From the IMG/VR virus record IMGVR_UViG_3300028833_002847: 55,153 nt of DNA; one strand, written 5' to 3'. Made by a program: the position numbers and the translations under genes. Under the pieces are notes generated by a model that was not told the DNA's origin, ran no database searches, and saw nothing but the letters and a program-made list of their open reading frames with translations. The DNA comes from a virus. Of this stretch, positions 8,156 to 23,513 are shown in pieces; the first letter of the stretch is position 1, and each line of letters begins with the position of its first letter.

Positions 8156-11100
8156 TTAATTTTGTTCTGGAATATAGAAGTAACCTTTATCTGTATTATT
8201 ATTAACAGAGCCATCTTTACGATAAGCAATATAAATAGTATGCGGGATTCCTTCCAAATTCTCAAATTTTGCTTCTTTATAATTCATATTAGAATTACCA
8301 TAAGTATTATAATTATAATTACTAGTAGTAGGTTGAGCATCTATTTTCATAATTAAATAGTCATAATTGGATTCTCCATATGAACAATATTTAATGATAA
8401 ATGTATCATATCCATCAATATTAATCATACAAGTATCAGTAGTATTATGTTGATTTGTATGTTTACTACTATAATATACTGTATGACCATCTACTTGAGT
8501 TCCACTATTAGCTCATTCATCATTATTAAGGTCTATAATATATTCTTGTTGAATTAATATTACTCTTAATATCTTTGTAGCAGTTATACTATTATTATAA
8601 ATACTAGTAGCTGTAATAATTAAAGTATCTCCATCAGAAGCATTTACTAATTTAACTAAACCATTAGTATCAATAATAGCGTTACCTTCAATAGACCAAG
8701 TTACTCCACGATATTGCGGGTCAACATCAATACTATCATCTGGGTCTATATAGACAGGAGTTAATTGAGCAACTCTATCATAAACATCTTGTTTATAACA
8801 ATTGATAGTTTCAATATTGGAATCTAATCTTATAGATACTAATTCTTTATCAGAGCCATCTTTAAAAGCGCTTAAAACATTTTTTCATTGATAAGCTGCT
8901 TTATATGTTGGGAATAAGCTTAATGGAATATAAATAGAGGTTACACCAGTAGAAGAAAGATATGTATTAGTATCTGAATTAAAGTTTTTAAATACTCCAC
9001 GAGCATAAATTGTTCTAAGATTTGTCGCATATCTAAATATTTCTGATGTAGAATTAACTGCTGAAAAATCTCAACCAGAAATATCTATTGTATTTAATTT
9101 ATCACAATAATAAAATAATCCATATAAATCTGTGACTGTTGAGAATGTTCATTTAGACATATCGAGTTCAGTAATTGCTCTATCATATCAAAACATTTGT
9201 CTAATAGTAGTAAGATATGGAGTATGCATTTCTCCAAAATGAATACTTGTTAAACTAGGATTGTTTGCAAACATAGCTTGCATTGTAGTAACATTTGTTA
9301 CATCCAATAGATCAAAGTCAAAAGTTTTAATTCTTGTTTCATTAAAAGCATGACTTAAACTAGTAATTTGTGAGGTTTCACTATTAATAATATCAAAAGA
9401 GCCAATCTGATAACGACCACTTAAAGTAATATAAGTTCCACTAAAATTATTAAATGTAATATTTAATGTACCAGCGCTAATATCATTCATAGTAGAAATA
9501 ATGGTACTAATTCTACCGCAATCACTACAATTAATAAATTCTGTATTGGTAATTTTACTATCATAACGAAACATGTTAGATACATTTGCGGAAGATGGTA
9601 TATGTGGAATAATAACACTCGTTAAATTTGAACAATTTGCCATTGAATATTGTAAATTATTAATTTTATCAACAGATAATTTTGTAGCATCAAGAATTGT
9701 CATTTTACCTTCATAGAAAGCATAATTAAAATTACAGTCTGCTTGTTCTCGCATATTTCATTTTGAAGTATCTAAAATAGTTAAATAAGGACACATATGG
9801 AAACAATATGTATAATTAGTTACATTTGAAAAATCCATATTAATATCTTTAAGATTATGAATTCCAGTTCCCGCATAAGCATAATTTAATGAATTAGGTT
9901 TATTTCTTTCATGAATAATAATTTCTCCATTGTTATTTTCTACTCAATTAACCATATTAATATTTTTAATTCTAATAGCACTTCTAATAAATTCATTAAA
10001 ATTATTATTAATAGTACCTTCAACAATTAAAGTAATAAAACTATTACTATTATTAGCTCCATTACAAATTCATCTAATTAAACTATTTCCACCTGTTCAA
10101 CCATTACATTCAGAAAAATAAATATTTTGAAGAGCAGAACAACCTTTTAAACAATCAGTGGCATAGCCACTATCATAATCATAAAGTTGCTTAGCATTCC
10201 TAAATTCAATTGTGTCAAGAGTAATACAATTTTCAAACATATGAGTCATATGTAAATAATAAGCTCGATTAGCAACTACTAAATTTGGAAATTCTATATA
10301 ATCAATAGACGTACATTCTGCAAACATATAATCATAATAAATATCTGTTCCTTTATTAATATTCATATTATAATTTTCAGGGAAAATAATCTTTTCAAGT
10401 AAACCACATTGATAAAACATATATCTTGAATCTTGAATTTTAGTAAAATTAGAATAACCAATATCTACAGTTACTAAATTAACACATCCAGAAAACATAT
10501 ATTGAGTATTATTTACATTTCCAACATTTCAAGTAGTCATATTTATTTCTGTAACAAATACTTCCATATTATTAGCTATAGTTCCAGAATCTTCCATAAA
10601 TTTAATTTTAGTTATGGCTCTACAATTTTGAAACATGCAAGACATATTAGTTATAGGAGAAGTGTCAGCATCATTTGTGGTTGTTGTTAATCTAAATCAA
10701 TCAATATAATCTAATTCATAACAATTTTGGAATCAACCTTGCATACTAGTAATTCCAATAAATTTAGAATATTTTAAATTAATAGATTTTAAAGCTCAAC
10801 ATCCAGTAAATAAATATTGAGCACCAGAACTACTTAATTCAACAAAATTTACACTACTTAAAGTTAAATTTGTTAAAGAATGACAATTAATAAACATTCT
10901 GCTAATATTAGTAGCTCTACATGGATTAGTAAATAAATAATTAATATTTAAAGTTTCAAGAGCATAACAATTTCCAAACATATATTCTAGACTTCTACCA
11001 CCAACTCATGGGCTAGAATTATTATTTTGTCCAACTCTTGTAAATGAAACATTGTGTAAGTCTAAAGATTTTAAAGCTCTACAATGATTAAACATACTTT

Positions 11101-14100
11101 GACAATACATTACATTAGAAAATAATCAGCCATTATCTCCTTGATGTGTATTAATTTCTTCAAGAGCATAACAATTTTGTAACATACAGGTTGTACTATA
11201 AGCGCCAATCATATTGAAATGTTGATTTAAAGTTTTTAAAGCATAACAATGTTGAAACATGTATTGGAAATTGGTACATTTTTGAGAAATAAAACTATCA
11301 GGAAAAGTTAATTCTTCAAGAGCATGGCATCCTTCAAACATCCCGTCAACTCTTTGAAGATTTGCTCCTCCAAAGGTTTCTGGAATTCTAATTGATTGAA
11401 GAGCATAACATCATTGAAACATTCTTTCTGCACTAGTATTATTTATCATTGTAAAAGTATCTGGAAGATATAATTCTTCAAGAGACTCACAATAACAAAA
11501 CATATACGTAGCATTATCTCCACTTCATAAAGAAGTATTAAAATTAGGAATCAAGAGATGCTGTAATGATTTACAATTATAAAACATTTGATAAAAATCA
11601 GAACATTTAATAGTATTAAAACTTGTTAAATCTAACTCTTGTAAAGATTGACAATCATAAAACATTTCATACATTGTAGTAACATTTTCTGTTGAAAAAT
11701 TACTAAAATCTAAAGTTTCAAGTTTAGTACATGCATAAAACATTTCAGAAAAAGTAGTTACTAAATCTGTATTTAATGGAGTTAAATCAAAAGTTACTAA
11801 AGAAGAACAATAACAAAACATATTAGCACAATTAGTTAAACTGTGTCAATATTCCATACCACTAATATCTAAAGTAGTTAAATTAATACAATCATAAAAT
11901 AAATTAGATACATTTTTAATACTTTGTCCTTGAGCCCCTCATGTAGACATATCAATAGTAGTACCTCTATATCCTCTAAATAAATTAGCAATACTAGTAC
12001 AAGTATTAATATTTCACTCTTCTAGATGAAGATCAACACTACTACCACAATAAGTTCCGCCTATTGATTTTCCTGCTAAATAGAAAGTATTATCTCTATA
12101 AATAACTCTTTGTAATGCTGAGCATCCTCAAAATTGAGCCTGAATATTTTTAACATGTTCAGTCCAAAAACTAGAAAGATTAATAGTTCGAATAGTATTA
12201 GCATTTAAAAACATTACTGCTCAATTAATAGAAGTAGTTGTTTCTTGAATATTTCATTGAGACAAATCTACACTAGTTCCCTTATAGCCACTAAACATTG
12301 CTACAAAACTTGTTTGCTGTGAAACATCTCAATGACCAATATTTAAAGGAATTTTAATATTATAAAACATTTGCCCAACTGCTGTATAATATGTATATCT
12401 CATACTTCCATTAGTACCAGTATCAATTCATCTTGTAGAATAGTTTTCATTACTTCAATAATCAATTGAATTAGCCTTCATTATAAATGAATTTGTTTCA
12501 AAAGTTTTAAGTTTAGAACAATTATAAAACATAGCTTCAAAATTTACAACTTTAGAAGTATTAAATGTTTGAATTTTTAAAGTAATTAAATTAGTACATT
12601 CAGCAAACATTTCTGCCATACTTGTTCCTTGAGAAGTATCTCAATTAGAAAATATTAATTCCGTACCTTTATAACCATAAAACATTCTAATAAAATATTT
12701 CATTAAAGAGGTATTAAAAAGAGTCAAATCATGAATTTGTCCTATACTTCCATTGAACATGTCTCTAACATTTACACTAGAATGGAACTTTCATTCATTT
12801 GTTATATACAAATCCTGTAAATTAGAGGTTCCATAAAACATTTCTGACATATTGGTACAAAATTCAATATTAAAGTCTGAAAGAGTAATTGTAATTGCCT
12901 TACAGTTATAAAACATTTGTGACATATTAATACAAGATTCGGTATTAAAATCTAAAAGAGTAACTGTAGTTGCTTTACATTCTCTAAACATCTGCGACAT
13001 ATTGGTACAAACTTCTGTATTAAAATTTGAAAGTGCGATTGTAGTTAATACAACATTTGTATTATAAAACATTTGATACATTGTTGTTACATGAGAAACA
13101 TCTCAAGTAGAAATATTAATTTCTGGAAGAAAACATCCACCAAACATATAAGTCATATCTGTAACTGAAGAAGTATCCCAAGTATTAAATAAAATTCAAG
13201 GAGCATGTACATCTGCAAAAGTATTAATCATATTCTGTACAGAAGAAATATCTCAAGTAGATAAATCTAATCCATTAGTAAAAGTAGACAGCCTAAACAT
13301 AGCTCTGAAAGAAGTAATATTAGAAACATTTCAATTTGCAACGTTTATATTTGTAAAAGTTGAACGATACAACATTGCTCTTAAATTAGTAATATTACTA
13401 AAATCTAAATTTTCAGCTTCTAATGTTCCAATAGTAGAATCATAAAAGAAACTAAAATCACTATCTCAACTAAGAATATTTGTTAAACTAGTAATATCTC
13501 AATCTGTAATATTAATTAAATTTGCAGTACATCCTCTAAAAATAAATTGCATATTAGTACAATTACTCATATCTCAGGTTCTTAAATCTAATTCAAGACT
13601 AGATGTTCCCATTTCTCTAAACATACCACTAGCATTTAAAACTTCACTAGTATCAAGAATATCTAATCCTTCAATAGACTGCAAACCTTTTAATTTATAA
13701 AACATATTCATACTATTAGCATTTAAAATAATAGGTGCTGCAACTTCAAAAGTAATAGTAATTGTTCCAGTATCATTATCTCAATTAGCTACTACTGGAG
13801 AACCTTGAGAACCAATAGCAATACCAGATTTTTGAATACCATTTTCAAATATTATATGTTTAATTTTAGTATCTTCAAAATTACCATCTGTAACATTACT
13901 TCCATTTGCCATACGTTTAATAGTATAAGAAAATTCACCACCAGAAATTAATCTAGAATTATATTTTTCTGGAAGAAGCGGAAAATCATAATATGTTTCT
14001 ACTTTAATAGGAATATCTTCATTTCAAACAGTATACATATTTTGAACACCAGTATACATATCTTTAGGAAATTGCATTGGATATAAAACTATATTGTAAT

Positions 14101-17100
14101 CTAAGTAAGTAGAAGAGACATAGAAAAACGCTCTATCCTCATTTGAATCAACACTACCATCCTTACGATAAAGTAAAGTAATAGTATGCGGATTATCATC
14201 ATAAATTTCATATACAACTGTAGTATATGTCGTACTTGGTTTTCCATAAGTATGATATTCACAATTAGAAGTTGATAATCCAGAAGTTTGATCAAGTTTA
14301 CTAACAATTAAATAATCATAATTTGATTCTCCATTAGAACGAACTCTAATAGAAAATCTTGAATAACCTTGTATAGTTAAATAACAATAAGCATTTCCAT
14401 TAGCAATATGATAGTTAGAATTACTTTTATAAATTTGAGAACCATTTATAGCATTATCACCATCTTCAATCCATTGGTCATTTAAATCAATAGATCAAGA
14501 AGCATCAGATAGGTGTTTAATAGAATATCCTTCTATTTCTGCATTTCTAGCAGTATCATAAAATTGTCCTATATCCATTTGCTGCATAGCTAAACAATTA
14601 TATAAACCATTTTCTTTTTCAGTATAATTAAATAACGTTCTATGTTTGCGGAAATCGAGGTATGTCATACTTTCACAACCAGAAAAAATTTCTCGCATAT
14701 CCCGCAAATAATTAGAACATAATAATACTATATTAGTTTCAATAGTTTTACAATTCATCATCATTTGATAAGCTGAAACGACGGTATTAAAAATAATTTC
14801 AGGATAGCGCTCTTGTTTAATTTCTATTAAATTATAACAATTCTTAAACATTTTATCAGCATTTTTAATATACATAAAAGGAAATACTTTAGTAACTAAA
14901 TCATAAGTAGGAGCTGCACCTGTAGATTTTGTTCCTTTTGGTCAAATAATTTTTTCAAGTTCATAACAATTTTCAAACATTGATGACATATTACCAATAT
15001 TTTCAGATGTTAAACCAAGATTTCCATTATTATTATATGGTAATCCGGTAGCTTGAGCTAAATTATGATAAGTTTGGAACATCCAAGTACTTAAATCAAT
15101 TTCTTGTAATTTTCTACAATCTTTAAATATTCTAACAAATCAATATTTTTGACTATTACTAGTATTTTCAGAAGGAGAATATTCAGTTGTAGTACCTCTT
15201 CAATCACCAAATTTTAGATTAACTAAAACTAAATTTTCAAGATTATAACAACCATCAAAAGTTCCTTCAAATTCTTGAGTTGTATTATAATTAGTAATAT
15301 CTATAGGTCTATCATTTGGAAATTTAATACTTGTAATTTTATGACAGTTATAGAAAGTTTCTTTCAATGAAGTTAATTGAATATCATAACCGCCATATTG
15401 ATGCCAACTCCTATTACCTCCAGTAATTCAATTATAACCAGCATTTGGATTTGTTTTAGGAATAAATTTAGAAAAATCCATTTCCATTTCTAAATTTTTA
15501 CAATTATAGAAAGTTTGACTTAAATTTCATAAAACCATATTTTGAGAACCATTACTTGATTTATCAAATTGACCATTAGTAGTAATACTCTTTAAGTTAG
15601 TAATATCAATTAATGATTCACAATTATAAAACATTTGTTTAAATTGATTATTAGAATGTCTATCAACATAATAAGTTCAACCACCACTTGGGGTATAATA
15701 TCTCCTAAATGCTAAATTAATTTTTTCAGGTAGGATAATATGTTTAACATTTATACATTCTTTAAACATTCCTTCATAACAAGGACCATTAAAAACATTT
15801 GAATATTTTAAATTAATTTCTTCTAAAGATTTACAATTATAAAATAAATAAGAATAATCGTATAAATTTGTAAAAAAGAAATATTTTAAATCTAAACTTT
15901 GTAAAGATTCACAATTATAAAAACATCTACCTACTAATTCAGTTTTTCTTCAATAAGCACTAAAACCAAGAGATTGAGCATACTGTCCATGTAAATCTGT
16001 AATTGTAATTAAGGATTTACAATTATAAAAAATTCTATCAAAATTACAATATAAATAACAATTAGACATATCAAGTGCGGGAAGAGATTCACAATTTTCA
16101 AACATACTAGCAGCTTTTACAAGACGTCCATGAAATTCCATTTTAACAAAATCTAAATTAATTAAAGATTTACAATTACAGAACATATAAGAAACATCTG
16201 TGACACCTCTTGTTCTTCATCTATCAAAAATAATAGATACTAAAGATTCACAGTTTAAAAACATTTGGTTTGTAGAATATAATCACGGACTTTCAACATC
16301 TCCCATATCCAAAGATTGGAGATTAATACAGTCTTTAAACATTTTCTTAATATCTCTAGCCATATGCCAATTAAAATTAGATAAATCTAATTGAGTTGCC
16401 AAACAACCCTCAAATAAATTATTAAAATAAATATTTTCTTTATTAAATTGTGCGGTCAATTGCTCATAAATCACATCTGGCAACCAAGCAAAAATATAAT
16501 CTTTCTTCCTTGGGAATATAATTGAAGAAATATCAATTTCTCTTAAATTATTACATCCAGTAAACATATATGACATATCTTGAACATTAATTGTATTAAA
16601 ATTAGATAAATCTGCAAAAAGTAAGGAAGCACAATTATAAAACATATAAGACATATCTATAACATTATTTGTATCAAAATCTTTAAAATCAATTAAACTT
16701 AAAGATTCACAATTACTAAATAAATGTGTCATATCTGTTACTTTAGAAGTATCTATATTTTCAGGAAGTATAAGTTCTTTAAGATTTTTACATCCATTGA
16801 ACATATATTCCATATCTATAACGTTAGAAAAATTAAAATGAGATAAATCAATATAATCAAATAATTCACAATTATTAAACATATAACTTGTATCAGTTAA
16901 TGTTTGTAATTCTAAATTAGATAAATCTACAGTAATAAGCGAAAAACATCCGTCAAACAAATGAGAAATATTTGTAATATTTTCCCATTGAATCTTATTG
17001 AAATTGTTTATGCGTCGTAATTCCCGCATATCATAAAAAGTATATTCTGCATTATCTCTAATTACAAAATTTTCAGCTCTGGTTTGAATAATAATTTTTT

Positions 17101-19930
17101 TAGTGTCACTATTATAATAAATGTATGGCCCAACATATTCTATATCATTAATAGTAGTTATATATTGAGTACCATGTGGACTAACAATTCTTGTTCTAAA
17201 GTCTATACTTTTAATTTCTTGTAAAGAAACACCTTTAGTTGCAGAATAATTTTCTATCATATTCCGCAATGCCATCCCTGAATAAAATATATTATTATCA
17301 AAGCCATATGTTCTTTCTAGCAGCTCTTGGGTTACAGCTCTTTCTCTAATATATTTTCCAGGCCCATCAATTAAACCAGTAACATTAATATTAAAATTAG
17401 GAATAATACTTTCTTTAGTAGTATCATATTTTGATAAAATAACTTCGTTATCATTGTTAAGAGGAAGCTTATATCAAGGTTCATCCGTTGTTAATTGTTC
17501 ATAACCATCTGTCTTTTCATAACTTTTATTAATTATAACAACATTTGCTGTTGGGATATAATTTTTTAAACATTTTCTTAAAGTAGAATTATAAGATTTT
17601 GTTGCTCTATTAATAGTTTTCATTCTTCCTCAATCAACATCTGAGAAATTAATAGAACGTAAATCTGAACAACCTTTAAACATAGTATCTAAACCATAGA
17701 TATAATATCAATCATAATATTTCTCATCATATCCTCTATGTGTTTTTCTATAATTAGTTATATCTTCAAGATATATTTCATCACAAGGATCTTGAAAAGG
17801 AATTAATTCTTCTCTTGTAACAACAGGATTCATTTTAAAATTAGTAATATCAGTTAATCTCTCATCATCATTAAACATATATGCATAATTACAACAATAA
17901 CTAGTATTAATTTTTTCAAAAGAAAAATCTTCAAGATAAATCATTCCAGAGAACATACCAGAACCATCTGCTGGAATATAAAATTCATTTTCTGGTGTTG
18001 CTACAATTAATGTTTTAGTATCATGGTCATAATCTCATGTTAAACTATTAGAATAAACTTTTTTACTATATTCATCTACTCTAACAACCAAACTATTAGG
18101 AAGCGGGAATAATACATTCGTTCTTCATTCTATATGTTTTATTACTTTTCCAGCAAATTGTTTACTAAAATTTTGACCTAAGAAATTATGCATAGAAGGA
18201 TATTCATAATAAGGCTCTGGTTTGACTATACAATCTTCTCTAATATATCTACCTATTTGATGAAGATTTAATTGATAAGTTCTAATACCAGTATTTTGTT
18301 CTATCATATAATATGGTAAAGCTAATCCAATATCTTTTAAATATCCATTTCTATTTTGGTCAAGACCTAATAAACTAGAAGCAGCATCTTTATTCATTCC
18401 TGCATCAACTGCTAATTTAAATAAATCTTGCATATAAGCTTGTACGTATTTGTCTTGAATATAATCACTATATGGAAGATTTACTGCTGGAGTATATTGA
18501 CTATTCATATTAGTAAACATACCCTCTTGTACCATATTACCAGTAGTTAAATCCATTACTTCTTGAGTAACTACTTCCGTATATGACATTCTTCAATCAA
18601 TACGAAGTCCAGCTTCTACACTATTTAATAAATCATATCCTGGCACTCCACTAATATTATATCCCATAAAGGCACTACTAGAAGTCATTGTATTAACTTC
18701 TGTATAAGTAGTAATACTAGGTTTAATTCCTTCAACTGTTTGAAAATCTTGTCGTGGACTATAAGCATCATAATGTGCAATTTGTCATCCATTTACACTT
18801 AACATAGTTCTAGAACCTGTTAAAATTTCTTGTAAATTTCAACAATTATGAAAAGGAGAATTTACATGCAATGTTTCTTTACCAGAATAGAAGAAATTAA
18901 TTCAATTAGTTCAATCAATTTTCTTTAATTGGTAACATTCAGAAAACATTCCTGAAATATTATTAATTGAAAAAACTGGACTATCAAAAGTAAATTCTTC
19001 AAGAGAAATACAAAAATGAAACATAAAACTTACATCTTTAAGAGATGGAACTTTTCAAAATAAATTTCTAGGATTTGTTTTTAAACTATAACAATGAGAA
19101 AACATGTTTTTCATTGAAACCAAATTTGGAGCAAATATAGGTTCAATATTAACAGTAGTTAAATTAGGACAATATGCAAATGTTTCTTGCATATATGTAA
19201 CTTTACTGATATCAATACCCTGAAGATTTGCTTCTACGAGATTTGGACATTCAGAAAACATTTGAGTCATATTACTAGAACGTAATACTTTATCTCCATA
19301 AAATCTAAAATTAACAAATCCACATTGAGAAAACATTCCAATCATTTCACACTCATGATAAAAAGTTGGAAGTTTAACCTCAACTAAACAAGAACAATTT
19401 TTAAACATTCAATTTAAAATTCTAACATTGGAAGCGTCTCAAGAGGTCAAGTCAATTGTATTAATACTTAAACAACCTTGAAATCAACCCTGAAAACTTT
19501 TAACCAATGAAGTATCTAAATTACCTATATTAAAGATAAGTCATAATTCACTCATACCAGAAAACATATTGGTCATATCTTCTGGAACTACAACTTTTCC
19601 ATTAAATACAATATTTTTAATTTCACTATTATAAGCAGACCATGGATTAGTAAGATATTCTTCTGATAGGTAGGTAACTTTATCAGGATCACCAATTACT
19701 AATGTCCCATGGTCTGTAATAGCCCAAGGACAATCACCATTATATCCAGAATAAAGAATTTCTCCACCTCGAATATATTTTTCAAGGTCAGACATTTCTT
19801 TTCCTGGAAGGTCATCAATAGCAGAAGAAAATTCGTAAGGCATATAGGTTTCATCTCGCCCATTCTTCTCACGAATAGCATCTGCAATATCCGTTAAAAC
19901 AGATTTTTTAATAAATACTTCTTCTGCCAT
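8156..19930 (-). CDS. giant BspA/DUF285-type leucine-rich-repeat protein (about 3924 aa in table 4). Candidate receptor-binding or tail-associated protein, apparently a fusion of two ancestral units.
   Basis: At least 15 listed ORF fragments between 8156 and 19930 share one frame. I checked the junctions at 9754-10097, 14075-14495 and 17275-17708 and found only TGA, no TAA/TAG. Start ATG 19930 with RBS AAAGGAG. Stop TAA 8156-8158. Roughly 24-26-aa repeats of the form L..LDLS.F.TSNVT.M..MF..C..L, with WD.S variants where W is TGA. An internal non-LRR domain sits at 18125-18589. Confidence 0.55.
12840..13075 (-). repeat. three tandem ~78-bp DNA repeats (about 75 percent identical) encoding consecutive LRR units
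   Basis: Visible tandem units, each ending ...aacatttgtgacata / ...aacatctgcgacata / ...aacatttgatacat. Protein repeats FNTE(V/S/F)CTNMSQMF..C. Confidence 0.55.
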
Positions 19931-19942
19931 TTTATCTCCTTT

Positions 19943-22900
19943 TTAATTTGGGTAAATTACTCTATAAGTATCTGCTACATTTGCGGGAATATCGTATGTA
20001 ATTTCACCAGTTGTTTGACTTTCATATCTAATATCAGGACTGGCCGCACTAGCTCTTTTATTAATACTAAATTCCCTATTAGCATAAAAATACATTTCTA
20101 CATTATCTCCCATAATAATTTTATCTAATAAATATCCACCATCTTTACCACTACTAGCAGATAAAAAATAAGTTGTTGTGGGAGCGAAACCTTGATTTAA
20201 TTCAATTTCTAATCCAGATAAATCAAGAGTTTTAATACATTCACATCCTGTTAAAGCATAACTAGCATTAACTGTAATAGTAGGTCTATAAGAACCTTGA
20301 TAAACTTCAACAGAATCTTTTAATTTAAGAGGTAATAATTTAAAATAATTTTCTTCTCCATTTGGACCAACTTGGTCTAATCCTAATCTTCTACAATTAT
20401 AAAACATTTGTTCCATATTATTTAATTCTAATGGCTCCATATTTTGCGGGAAATCAACCCTTCTAAGATTAATACAGTTAGCAAACATATAAGCCATATT
20501 TTTAATAAGAGTAGGATTCAATTCTCAAGTAGAAATATCTACACTATATAAACTAGAACAATATCTAAACATTTGAGCACAAGTAGTTAATGCTCCTACT
20601 GCTCATTGCGGGAAAGCAAGATTTTCTAAACTTGAACAATTTAAAAAAGCTCCTTGTAAGTTAATAAAAACAAAAGATGAAGATGTTTCAGGTTGATTAA
20701 AAATATGTAAATTAGTACAACCAGAAAACATTTCTTGTCCAATAAATGCTTGTCTAGGAGCTTGATTAAAAAATGTAATCTCATTTAACATTGTACATTT
20801 TTCAAGAATATTTCTAATATTCGTACAACTATATAGATTTAATGGCCGCAAATCAATTTCTTCAAGATAAGTACATCCTGAAAACATATAAGACATATTA
20901 ACCACATTCTTTGTATTAAAAGTAGATAAATCAATTTGAGGCAATGTTTTACAATTCTGAAACATATAACTCATATCAGTGACCCGCACAGTAGTAATAT
21001 CATTAAATTCTATTTCAATTAATCCTGTAAATGATGCAAATAACTTTGCACTATTGGGAGCAAAGAAAATTAATCTATTTGGAGTAAATACACTAAGTTC
21101 TCCACTTTCTATATCAAATGCAGCATAAGCTCCTGCATTATTATAATAATCTCCTACAGCTACATAGAAATCTAAATCAAATAAATCTTCGTCCATATTA
21201 GCATCTGTAGCATAAAAAATAATTTTTCTTACTTGACTATCTACTGTAGCAGAAGTAGTTTTAGTATTGCTCATATCATCATTAATAAAGTTTTTAATTC
21301 TTTTATTAAAGTTCTCTCCATTAGTTAAACTACCACAACCATAATATACGTCTCCACCATCTGGAACTATCGTACCTATAATATAAATATCCTCTGCTGT
21401 TATAACTTCTTCAAGACTTGCAGAATACATATTAACTGAGAATTTAATAGATTTTTCATTTTGAAAATAAGCAATATCATAACCTTGTGGAATAACCAAT
21501 GTTCTAATACTACCACAATTTGTTAACATATCAGTAGCATTAATTGAGCTATTTGGTAAACCAGATGTTGAACTACCATTAAGAATTAAATTACTAAAAT
21601 CAACTTCTTTTAATCTATAACAATTTTGTAAAAATCCTGTAAAATTAGTTACACTATATGTACTAAAAGGTAAAACAAATTCTGTAAATTGAACACAATT
21701 ATTAAACATATTTGACATATTTTTTACTCTAGAAGTTGTTTCAAAAGAATCAAAGAATGTCATATTCTCTCATTTTAAACTAGTACATCCTTGAAACATA
21801 CTAGCCATATTTGTAACATTATCCATATCAAAATTAAATAAATCTATTCCAGTTAAATTACTACAATTTTGGAACATACCACTCATATTTGTTACATTTG
21901 AAGTATTCCAATAGGTGAGATTTAATTGATTAGAACCTTTTCAATTTGCAAAAAAACTAGCTAAAGAAGTGCGGGCAGAGACATCTCAATAAGTTGTATC
22001 TATTTCCGCAGGACAATTTCTTCAAAAATTGCCAAATGGAACATCTTTAGTAATAACTCATCCAGCACCAGTTTCTACTTTTTCTAGAGAAGTACATCCA
22101 TCAAAAAATGCTTCTAAAGAAATTGTTACACCTGATAAGTTTAATTTTGATAAATTTATATTTTTTAAAGAAGAACAATTTGCAAAAACAAATCGAGCAA
22201 AACATAAAACAGAAGTTGTTTCTCAATTACTGCAATCAAGTTCTTCTAATTTTTTACAATTATAAAAAGCATAATTTAATACAGATAATTTTTTAAGATT
22301 AGAAAAATTTTGGTATATATGAATTAAATTTTGACATTCATTAAAAGTATAGTGAAAAGTTGTTAGATTTCTTCCATCTCCAATTGAAGTTAAATCTACT
22401 TCAACTAATAAAGAACAATTATTAAACATTGATTGAAGAGATTCTACTGATTGCATATTAGATGGAAACTCAATAGCTCTTAATTGAGAACAAGAATTAA
22501 AAGCTGAATCAAAATATTTAACATTAGAAAAATCATTTTGAGAAAAATCTATTGCTGTTAAATTTGTACAATTTCTAAATAAACCTCTCATATCTATTAC
22601 ATTAGAAGTATTAATATTTTCAAAACCTAAAACTAATCAAAGAGAATCTAGTCCTCCAAATAAACCCATAATAGAAGTTTGTACTTCTATTGGTTCATCA
22701 ATAATAATTAACCTAATATATTGTCTATAATTATATCAATAAGACCAATATAAAGTTTCTGTAATATCTTTCTTTTGAGCCACATTTCAACGACTATAAT
22801 TAGAACCACCATTAATTCAAATATTACTAGTATTTGGTTCAGGTAATTCTCCACCATGAATAAAAAGAACACCTTTTCTAGAAATTTCTCATCTACATGT

Positions 22901-23503
22901 GCCAATAGTACCAGAATATAAAGGTTCAGTTTCTTTAATAAAAGATGATAAAAATACATCTGTATCAATTAAATCTATTGCGGGAGCCATCTCAGAAGGA
23001 GTATAAGTATCTTCAATTCCTTCTAATTTATATCTAATAGCATTTGCAATATCAAATAAGTCTTGCTCTTTTACAAGAACAAGACTTTCAGGTTTACTAT
23101 TTTCAACTACTGTATAAGCATAAAAATTTTGATTAGTTGTTATATCAGTAGTATAATCAAAAACTAAAGTATGCGCTCCTTGCGGGACTTCAATAGTTCC
23201 CTCTTGTAAACTTGAAATATTACCATTTCCAGCTTTATAAGAAATAATCTTTCCATAAACATTAAGAAAAGCTATTCCTCCTAAAGTAGAAGAATTTTGG
23301 AAACCATAATATAATGTTTTTCCAACTTGAGTAGTAATATCTGCAAAATAATAATTTCATAAAGAAGAATTTTGAGTGGTACCAGCAGCATAATTAGTAC
23401 CACTTCATTCTCCAGATTTAACGAGGTAAATAGCTCCAGAGACTATAGGAGCATCCTTTAAAATATTTATGTGTTTTGCATAAGAATCTCCGCTACCAGC
23501 CAT
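19943..23503 (-). CDS. BspA/DUF285-type LRR protein paralog B (about 1186 aa, table 4)
   Basis: Start ATG 23503 with RBS AAGGAGG. Real stop TAA 19943-19945. Fragments 22223-22591, 20603-21763 and 19943-20521 share its frame. Has a ~150-aa N-terminal extension, then the conserved module ...LFDIANAIRYKLEG...LYSGTIGTCRWEI shared with A and C. C-terminal module ends ...ADTYRVIYPN. Confidence 0.6.
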
Positions 23504-23513
23504 TTAACCTCCT

